Source: a virus. From it: a DNA stretch of 64,000 nucleotides. The number at the start of each line of letters is the position of its first letter. Position 1 is the stretch's first letter. The notes beneath the pieces are model-generated. The model worked only from the letters and a program-made list of their open reading frames with translations, did no database searches and was not told where the DNA came from. The position numbers and the translations under genes were made by a program. The stretch covers positions 32,001 to 96,000 of the IMG/VR virus record IMGVR_UViG_3300042337_000526; one strand, given 5' to 3'. Below are positions 57,255 to 64,000 of this stretch, piece after piece.

Positions 57255-57330
57255 TTCGTTGTGGGCCGGATTTTCTTTCTTACTATGAATATATAGAAAT
57301 CTAGTCCAATTATCAAACTAGGCTATAAAT

Positions 57331-57774
57331 ATGGAATTAACTAATAAAATAATATGGCAGAAGTGGCTTGATCCTTTTGGGAATGAGTCTGACGATACGG
57401 AGCATGATCCGTATACTGGTAACTATTATGACGAAGAACACTATAACGATACCGAAGAAGAAGAGGATGAAGACGAAATACTTAAGAAAAATCTTACAAA
57501 AAATAAACAAGTTAAAGTTATAGCCACTCCCATGGGAATAATACCAATGAATGAAAATACCATGAGTGGAAAAATATTTAATTTTTGGATGGGTCATACC
57601 AACTTTAATATTACAAAAAAAATTGCAGACATTATTGAACAAACCGACGGCGTAGAAACTTTAGACATTTTTACCAGATATAGATTTCGAATCGGAGTAG
57701 GCAAAGCATTTGATGATTCGTCTGTTATGAGAACAATTAATAAAAGGGTTTACGGTGAAATAAATCATGCCTAG
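57331..57774 (+). CDS. Conserved hypothetical protein
   Basis: WQKWLDPFG, an acidic tract, and GVETLDIFTRYRFRIGVGKAF. Confidence 0.7.
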   Translation: MELTNKIIWQKWLDPFGNESDDTEHDPYTGNYYDEEHYNDTEEEEDEDEILKKNLTKNKQVKVIATPMGIIPMNENTMSGKIFNFWMGHTNFNITKKIADIIEQTDGVETLDIFTRYRFRIGVGKAFDDSSVMRTINKRVYGEINHA

Positions 57775-58426
57775 ACCAAATACCACCACAGACGAAATCC
57801 AAATAATACATTCTTATGGTTTGGATGTTAAAAATAGAGAAATTTATTTACATTCATACTTGGGTGATGAAGATGAAGGTGGTGTTGATTATAGGTCTGC
57901 GATAGTTTTTGAAAAAAATATTAGATACTTAAATCTTATCTCAAATGATCCAATATTCATTCATATGCATCTTCCTGGTGGTGATTGGGAGGATTGTTTG
58001 GGAATATATGACACTATTAAACATTCAAGATCAAAAACTATTATACTCGCTTATTCTAAAGTACAATCTGCAAGTAGTATAATTTTTCAAGCAGCAGATA
58101 CTAGGGTGTTAATGCCTAATGTAAATATTTTAATACATTATGGATCTATAAGTATTGACGATGAACACAAAGCAGCAATAAGTAGTCTGCAATGGAGCGA
58201 AAAAGAATCATCAAAAATGATTGATATTTTTGTTGATAAGTGGATGACTTCTCCAATGTCAAAAGAAAAAAATTGGAAAAGACAATTTGCTAAAAAACAT
58301 ATCCAAAGTCAATTAGCCACTAAGAGCGATTGGATACTAACAGCAGAAGAATCGGTGTATTATGGTTTTGCAGATAGCATTCTTGGAGATAAAAAATATC
58401 CAACCATAGACTCACTTAAAAAATAA
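57767..58426 (+). CDS. clpP: ClpP-like protease
   Basis: REIYL, HLPGG, QSASS (Ser), LIHYG (His) and DWILTAEESVYYGFAD (Asp). Confidence 0.8.
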   Translation: MPRPNTTTDEIQIIHSYGLDVKNREIYLHSYLGDEDEGGVDYRSAIVFEKNIRYLNLISNDPIFIHMHLPGGDWEDCLGIYDTIKHSRSKTIILAYSKVQSASSIIFQAADTRVLMPNVNILIHYGSISIDDEHKAAISSLQWSEKESSKMIDIFVDKWMTSPMSKEKNWKRQFAKKHIQSQLATKSDWILTAEESVYYGFADSILGDKKYPTIDSLKK

Positions 58427-58427
58427 A

Positions 58428-59084
58428 ATGATAATTGAATATTGTTATTATGATACAGCATCCAAAGATCTTGAGCTAGTAGAAAATATTAATAAGGCTA
58501 TAAAATATAATATTAGCTCATTGTCGGTGCTACCATCACAAATAAAACCAATAAGGTCAATATTGCCAGATAATATCAAGTTATCCACACCCATAGATTA
58601 TCCCTTTGGGATTTTAGATACTCAGTCAAGGATGTCTATTGTTGAGTATGCTATAAAAAATGGGGCGCAAATTATAGACGTTGTGTGCCCAACTTATTAT
58701 TTATGCAATAGAAAATACGAAAAATTTCGTGAAGATATTAAAAATATTCAATCTCTTTGCTCAGAATCAACTGAGGTTCGATACATATTAGAATATCGTC
58801 AATTTACATACGAACTATTATACAAAATAGCTCAAATATTATTTGACTTTAATATTAAAACAATCTATCCTGCTAGTGGATATTCATTAGACGATATATC
58901 TGATAATATCCTGGCTGCTGCACTAATCAACAAAAGAGTACCACAAATTAATATAATTTCTAACGGAAATCTTTGGAATGATAGTCATATTAAACTGGTC
59001 AAAAATAGCATTTTATATGGTCTTAGGGTTAACTCATTAAATGCTCTTGAATTGTTGTCAAAAGAAAACATTTTAGAAAATTAA
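58428..59084 (+). CDS. DeoC (deoxyribose-phosphate aldolase)-like TIM barrel, catalytic lysines apparently absent
   Basis: IDYPFG, AIKNGAQIIDVV and VRYILE. TIYPASG sits where DeoC has FVKTSTG. Confidence 0.7.
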   Translation: MIIEYCYYDTASKDLELVENINKAIKYNISSLSVLPSQIKPIRSILPDNIKLSTPIDYPFGILDTQSRMSIVEYAIKNGAQIIDVVCPTYYLCNRKYEKFREDIKNIQSLCSESTEVRYILEYRQFTYELLYKIAQILFDFNIKTIYPASGYSLDDISDNILAAALINKRVPQINIISNGNLWNDSHIKLVKNSILYGLRVNSLNALELLSKENILEN

Positions 59085-59147
59085 CCTTTTAGGTGTACTA
59101 AATTATAGATTTTAAACAATCTTCACAGAACAAAACGGAGATATACA

Positions 59148-59726
59148 ATGGCTATAGCTACATCGGCAGGCGCTAATTACACAACACAACCAAACATCAA
59201 TGGCAGCGGATCAAAGAACAACGGTGGTTCTGCTACCAGAGTCGGAACATCTGTAAAGTTAAACAATGTTGCAGTCAGCAAAGATACAACCGGAGTTGTT
59301 GGCTCAGTTGTTGTTGACGGAGCAGACACAGACAGAGCAGTTGACGGCGGAACAATCGCCCACAATCACGTTAAGCCAATCTCTGCCAAAGTCACAACAG
59401 AGATCGCAGGATTAGCCAGCTCAGTTCTATCTAGCAGTGCTAATAATCCAGCTCAATTAAGAGCCATCAATAAGGTTGAAAGTGTCAAGAGCAATGGAGT
59501 GGCCACAGCTATTAGAGCTGGTTACTTTAATATCTATACTGGTAGGTTCTCGACCAATCCAACACCAGTAACAGTTTATCCAACTGGAGTTCCAACAACT
59601 AACCAAGCATGGGTTGGCACTGACGATGCTGCCACACCAACCAGAAGTGCTCCTGGTGAACTTGTTTTCAGAACTGGTGCTAAGCTACCCGTTAGAGACA
59701 GAGACTATTCTGCCAAGAACGGCTGA
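59148..59726 (+). CDS. Hypothetical A/G/T/V-rich protein, probably structural
   Basis: GGAG RBS, its own GGTGTA motif at 59092, and a downstream terminator. Confidence 0.75.
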   Translation: MAIATSAGANYTTQPNINGSGSKNNGGSATRVGTSVKLNNVAVSKDTTGVVGSVVVDGADTDRAVDGGTIAHNHVKPISAKVTTEIAGLASSVLSSSANNPAQLRAINKVESVKSNGVATAIRAGYFNIYTGRFSTNPTPVTVYPTGVPTTNQAWVGTDDAATPTRSAPGELVFRTGAKLPVRDRDYSAKNG

Positions 59727-59750
59727 TAGTAATAGAATAAAATTTAAGTT

Positions 59751-59794
59751 AAAAGAGCAAAGCCAGCAATTATATTGTTGGCTTTTTGCTTTTT
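59751..59794 (+). terminator. Rho-independent terminator
   Basis: aaaagagcaaagccagcaat-tata-ttgttggctttttgctttt. Confidence 0.75.
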
Positions 59795-59835
59795 AGTGTA
59801 TCTAATAATACCACCACAATAAAAGGGTTTTAATT

Positions 59836-60156
59836 ATGAGTGATACCATAGTTCACTTTTGGGAAAGCATAGCAACTACCAGTATTGGTATCATTATTAC
59901 TATGATTGGTTTTTGGGTTGCAATAGGCAAAAATATGGCCACCAAATCAGAAGTTGCAGAAATGATAGAAACAAAATCCCCATATCTGCATGATAGACAA
60001 TTTATCATGGAAAGACTAGCGGTAAACAAAGAGACCCAGGCCGCTTTAACAAACATGCTTCAGAGAAATACTGAAGTTATGAACGAACTAAAAATTCAAA
60101 TAGCAACACTTGGTAAAACATTAGAAGCACTAGAAGAAAGAATAGAAAGAACTTGA
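59836..60156 (+). CDS. Single-TM coiled-coil protein (holin- or spanin-like?)
   Basis: N-terminal TM (IGIIITMIGFWVAIG) and a C-terminal coiled coil. Confidence 0.7.
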   Translation: MSDTIVHFWESIATTSIGIIITMIGFWVAIGKNMATKSEVAEMIETKSPYLHDRQFIMERLAVNKETQAALTNMLQRNTEVMNELKIQIATLGKTLEALEERIERT

Positions 60157-60164
60157 GGTAAAAT

Positions 60165-60356
60165 ATGGCAATTGATATTGAATTAGCAAATACTAATAAT
60201 CCAATTAAAAACGGAACAACCGTAACTACTTGTTCATTCTCTGGTAATTTTAATACTATGAATACATATGTTAATAATAAACCAGTTATAACAGATATAG
60301 AATCAAAATATGATGAATTATTTGATGATGTTACATACTATACATTAGGAAACTAA
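60165..60356 (+). CDS. Hypothetical protein
   Basis: GAGG RBS, 63 aa. Confidence 0.6.
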   Translation: MAIDIELANTNNPIKNGTTVTTCSFSGNFNTMNTYVNNKPVITDIESKYDELFDDVTYYTLGN

Positions 60357-60358
60357 TT

Positions 60359-61594
60359 ATGGTTATTGATATACCGTCTCGTTATTTAATGAAATCTACC
60401 AGATCCACATATAGATTAAGTGGCACTCTGGACGGAAGACTGACTAACGCTCAACTTCCAGAAACAGTAGAAGCAAGACTTTGCGTACTCAATGATACAG
60501 ATTCTGTGCTATCTCAACAATTATTATATAATGGAGAACTAGCAGCCCCAACAGACAAAAATTATTTACGCAGAGGTGACGGTATTACCTCAGGGGGAAC
60601 AATATTAGCAAATGGAAATACTTATATAGAGAACAACGTACCGTCTTCGCCGTCAATTATTGGTTTTACTACAAATGGTAGTGGGCTCGCTTCTTTTTCT
60701 TCTATTTCTGTTATTCCAAGTCAGAACTTTTATTTTCAGGTTAACAATAGTGGAGAATTATTTAAATACGATGGATTATGGACAGGAGCCCTCAATTTTA
60801 GTGACGGATTTAGTACTATCGTATCTATTACAGTTAATAACGTTATTGGAGCAACCTCTGTTTCTTTTGCTAGTTATTCTAATTTAGTATCTGTTTCTAT
60901 GCCATCTTTAAAGATTTGTACTGGCGATTTTAGAAATAACTCATCATCGGCAAACCAAACAATTCTAGATTTACCGTCTTTAGTAGTAGTTGGAGGTGCT
61001 TTTCTTCCAAATGGTAATAATATTACAACATTGAATATTCCATTACTTAAGAGTGTTGGATCAACTTTTGGTCCATCTGGAATGACCAATCTTGTTAATT
61101 TTAATATTTCATCATTAAAATATGTTATAGGATCATTCTCTCCTGGAGGATCTAGCATTTCTTTTAATAATATGAATAGTTTAATTACTATAAATGCTAG
61201 TTCCTTAGAATTTGTAGGATCAATATCTCTTGGGGCAATGTCTTCTTTAACAACAGTGAGTTTTCCATCATTAGTAACAGTTAATGGACTCATAAACATC
61301 ACCTCGTCAGCAACAGGATCGAATCTTACTAATTTTAGCATAGGCTCTGGCTTAAAACACATAGGAGGAAATGTTACGATTACTGGTCAAAAGTTAACAG
61401 CAGCATCTATAGAAAATATATTAGTTAGATTAGCGGCTTTAGACGGAACAAGCAGCACCATATCTTACGAAACTGGTCGCACAGTTAATCTTAGTGGCGG
61501 AACAAGTTCTGGGTTATCAGCCCTTACAACAAATGCCAGCAATGCTAGGGCAACGTTACTAGCCAGAGGCGTTACAGTAACACTCAATGACTAG
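60359..61594 (+). CDS. Leucine-rich-repeat/L-domain-like protein
   Basis: About 7 repeats of roughly 22-25 aa of the form [SP]LxxVgGxF...N..L.. Confidence 0.7.
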   Translation: MVIDIPSRYLMKSTRSTYRLSGTLDGRLTNAQLPETVEARLCVLNDTDSVLSQQLLYNGELAAPTDKNYLRRGDGITSGGTILANGNTYIENNVPSSPSIIGFTTNGSGLASFSSISVIPSQNFYFQVNNSGELFKYDGLWTGALNFSDGFSTIVSITVNNVIGATSVSFASYSNLVSVSMPSLKICTGDFRNNSSSANQTILDLPSLVVVGGAFLPNGNNITTLNIPLLKSVGSTFGPSGMTNLVNFNISSLKYVIGSFSPGGSSISFNNMNSLITINASSLEFVGSISLGAMSSLTTVSFPSLVTVNGLINITSSATGSNLTNFSIGSGLKHIGGNVTITGQKLTAASIENILVRLAALDGTSSTISYETGRTVNLSGGTSSGLSALTTNASNARATLLARGVTVTLND

Positions 61595-61602
61595 GAGAAT
61601 AT

Positions 61603-61788
61603 ATGAATAATAGTGAATCAGAAAATAGTTGGAGATTAATTTATACAAATAATATGGTTTTAGATTTATTTGAAAGCGAAGGCATTACGTCTACTATATA
61701 TAATTTATTTGTTTCAAAAAATAAACAAGACTGTTTAGATCAAATATCTTCTTTAAATCTGTATTATAATAATGAAAATAATAGCTAA
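61603..61788 (+). CDS. Hypothetical protein
   Basis: AGGAG RBS, 61 aa. Confidence 0.6.
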   Translation: MNNSESENSWRLIYTNNMVLDLFESEGITSTIYNLFVSKNKQDCLDQISSLNLYYNNENNS

Positions 61789-62968
61789 TACTAACAGTCC
61801 TAAAGTTTCAGTAACTAAAGCTTTTGATTTATTGTCTTTAGACGCTATAGGTTCTATCAGAGCTATTGATACCCAAGGTTCTGTTACTTATTCGACAATT
61901 CAAGACAGAATTTATGCTTCTTATCCGAGCATAACTTGTGTTCGTGACTATCAAATGAATCTTATTACCATAGGTCAAAAACAAAACTCAAATGAAAATG
62001 TTGTTTGGTCATCGAGCAACACATCCGTAGCAACGATCAACTCTAATGGTTATGTTTCGCACGTATCTGATGGAAACTCCAACATAACTGCTTCTATAGG
62101 TGGAAAAACATTATCTAAAAATCTAACATTCTTAGTAATTAATGCTGTAAATACGATATTTAGCGATTACGCCTCTTCTTCTTTAGCAAAATCTATTATT
62201 AGCACAATGGATTCAAGAATATCTGGTAAAGATCCGTCAACAAGCAAAAATATTTTTTCATTACAAAATCATGCTAATGGAATTTATACTCGGAATACAC
62301 AATGCTGGGCACACGGCTTAGACTTGACTTGTTTTAGTCCGTGGAATTCATTAGGCGGACCACAAAGAGCCGGAACTCTTATAAGTCCTAGGCATATAAT
62401 TTGCGCCGAACACTATCCTTTAGCTGTCGGCACCACCATTAGATTCGTTCGTTTAGATAATACTGTTGTTACCAAAACCATAACGGCCATAGGGGATATA
62501 TATAATACAGACATACAAATAGCACTATTAGACTCTGATGTTGGACCAGGAATATCTTTTGCTCAAATTTTACCAGAAAATTGGTATAACTATTTACCTT
62601 CTTTATACTCTAATCAAAGTCTTAATATTAATCGTGACTTTGCATTGCCTGCGTTATGTTTAGACCAAGAAGAAAAAGCATTGAGACTCGACCTTGCTAG
62701 AATATCTTCTTCCCTCCGTAGTACCACTTATTATAAATCATTAAAACTTACAGATAGTGCATTTTATGAAGATATTATTGGTGGAGATAGTGGAAATCCA
62801 GCATTTTTAATAATTAATAATATATTAGTATTAACAAACACGTGGTATAATCCTGGATCAGGGCCTTTTGTTTCGTACTATAAATCGGAAATTAATAGTC
62901 TCATGTCTCAACTAGGAGGAAACTATCAGCTCACAGAGATTGATCTTAGTTCATTTTCAACATATTAA
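61772..62968 (+). CDS. Ig-like (Big_2) domain fused to a trypsin-like serine protease
   Basis: VVWSSSNTSVATINSNGYV..V..GNSNITAS (Big_2), then GTLISPRHIICAEH, TDIQIA and GGDSGNP. Confidence 0.8.
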   Translation: MKIIANTNSPKVSVTKAFDLLSLDAIGSIRAIDTQGSVTYSTIQDRIYASYPSITCVRDYQMNLITIGQKQNSNENVVWSSSNTSVATINSNGYVSHVSDGNSNITASIGGKTLSKNLTFLVINAVNTIFSDYASSSLAKSIISTMDSRISGKDPSTSKNIFSLQNHANGIYTRNTQCWAHGLDLTCFSPWNSLGGPQRAGTLISPRHIICAEHYPLAVGTTIRFVRLDNTVVTKTITAIGDIYNTDIQIALLDSDVGPGISFAQILPENWYNYLPSLYSNQSLNINRDFALPALCLDQEEKALRLDLARISSSLRSTTYYKSLKLTDSAFYEDIIGGDSGNPAFLIINNILVLTNTWYNPGSGPFVSYYKSEINSLMSQLGGNYQLTEIDLSSFSTY

Positions 62969-63000
62969 TATTGGTGTAATAATAATTATGGAGAAATATA

Positions 63001-63327
63001 ATGATTAAACCTGGTTATAGAACAAGTGAATTTTGGTTTACTTTAGTAAGTTTCATTTTTAGTGGAGCTTATTTATTTGGAGTATTAGATGACTTCAATC
63101 AAAAAGAAGATTTAATACAAGAAACAAGCAAAGGAGTAGAGGCAGTTATATTAATTATTGGTCAATTAACATTATTATTTAGATACATAAAAGGAAGAAC
63201 AGATCTTAAAAAGACTTGGTGGGATACAGCAACTCCAGAAGAGAGAAAAACGGTCGTTAAAAGGAACTCTACTAAGTCTAAAGCTAAAAAGAAAGTTAAA
63301 AAACCAATTCAGCCCAAAGTTGAGTAG
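63001..63327 (+). CDS. Two-TM membrane protein (holin-like)
   Basis: KPGYRTSEFW, then two hydrophobic segments and a basic C-terminus. Confidence 0.6.
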   Translation: MIKPGYRTSEFWFTLVSFIFSGAYLFGVLDDFNQKEDLIQETSKGVEAVILIIGQLTLLFRYIKGRTDLKKTWWDTATPEERKTVVKRNSTKSKAKKKVKKPIQPKVE

Positions 63328-63384
63328 ACAGTCTTGGTCGGTGTATTATAATATATAGGGCGTTTTTTCAAAAAGGATATTTTT

Positions 63385-63828
63385 ATGGTAGAAACAGCTT
63401 CAATAGACTCAATAAAAATTAAAATGAACGAATTCATGACTCAGGTTAAAATCTCTTTAGGGGAGGTTAAGTCTGTTGCCATATCTCAAGCTTGGAAAAT
63501 TCTGCAACTTGCTGTTGCTCAAACCGTACAAATATTAGAGCAGAATTCAGCTAATTTAGCTGGTCCAGATAAAAAAGCTATGGCTATGGACTATTTATCA
63601 AAATTTTATGATAGTGTTTTTACCATCATTGACGTTCCTATGATTCCAAACTTCATTCAACCAATTATTAGTAAATATGTAAAAGTATTTTTAATGGCAC
63701 TAGTAAGTTCCAGTATTGATGCTATGGTCACCACATTCAGACAAGTTGGAGTCTTTAAAACACAACCATTAGTTTCACAATCTATCAAGTCCAACCCCAA
63801 AGTTAAAAGAGTGAGGAAAAAGAAATGA
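63385..63828 (+). CDS. Hypothetical helical protein
   Basis: AAGGA RBS and a GGTGTA motif at 63340. Confidence 0.7.
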   Translation: MVETASIDSIKIKMNEFMTQVKISLGEVKSVAISQAWKILQLAVAQTVQILEQNSANLAGPDKKAMAMDYLSKFYDSVFTIIDVPMIPNFIQPIISKYVKVFLMALVSSSIDAMVTTFRQVGVFKTQPLVSQSIKSNPKVKRVRKKK

Positions 63829-64000
63829 ATTACACAGAAAGTTTTGAGCAATTTGCTAGCAGAGTAACACCAACAGATCTAGCCCTATATGCTGGGGCAG
63901 GAATTATCCTATGGATCCTATTCAAGGATAAACTAAGTCCAGTACAAAAATTCCTAGGAGACTTGGTTGGTGGATTAAAATCAAAACTTAACAATGGATC
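63825..64000 (+). CDS. 3'-truncated membrane protein
   Basis: ATGA overlap; MNYTESFEQFASRVTPTDLALYAGAGIILWILF... is open to the window end. Confidence 0.65.
   Translation, partial: MNYTESFEQFASRVTPTDLALYAGAGIILWILFKDKLSPVQKFLGDLVGGLKSKLNNG

Noticed and set aside
58354-58359. GGTGTA inside clpP
   Set aside because: It is followed by TTATGG rather than a TATA-like tract and may be a chance coding occurrence, so it was not counted as a promoter.
1-64000. Stop-codon reassignment (code 15 or 4), which is common in huge phages
   Set aside because: Code 11 gives dense, full-length ORFs up to 2624 aa, TAG and TGA are used as normal stops, and no suppressor tRNA was seen.

Overview
This 64-kb window is AT-rich and densely coding. 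It looks like part of a large (jumbo/huge) tailed-phage genome: it carries T4-like rIIA/rIIB, free-standing homing endonucleases, a phage sigma factor, a tRNA and no core cellular housekeeping operons. All family assignments come from motifs read by eye, and no database searches were run. The host may be a planctomycete, but this is a weak inference. Layout: (1) 1-14.4 kb holds early, DNA-metabolism and accessory genes (methyltransferases, OGG-type glycosylase, GIY-YIG, metallophosphoesterase, tRNA-Leu, minimal kinase, rIIA/rIIB, a tRNA-like RNA, RepB-type primase, ruvB with an unusual RuvA-domain-III partner). (2) 14.5-36.6 kb holds a membrane protein and an actin-like ATPase, then a ~19-kb array of very large proteins with mucin-like Thr/Pro repeats, a shared S[DN]CC leader and FN3, Asp-box propeller, RCC1, LamG and metalloprotease domains, then trypsin- and subtilisin-type proteases. 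(3) 36.6-52.8 kb is a divergently transcribed glycosylation locus with a GT60 polypeptide GlcNAc-transferase homolog, GDP-fucose synthase, FUT8/NodZ-like fucosyltransferases, GT2/GT4/GT32-like enzymes and a methyltransferase. (4) 49.8-64 kb holds auxiliary metabolic genes, the sigma factor, ClpP and probable structural or membrane genes. The best candidate for a new system is a phage-encoded mucin-type O-glycosylation pathway: a Dictyostelium Gnt1/Gnt2-like GT60 enzyme plus fucosylation enzymes, acting on the phage's own PTVT-like repeat proteins. Two promoter classes (TTGACA-CCGATA and GGTGTA) recur.
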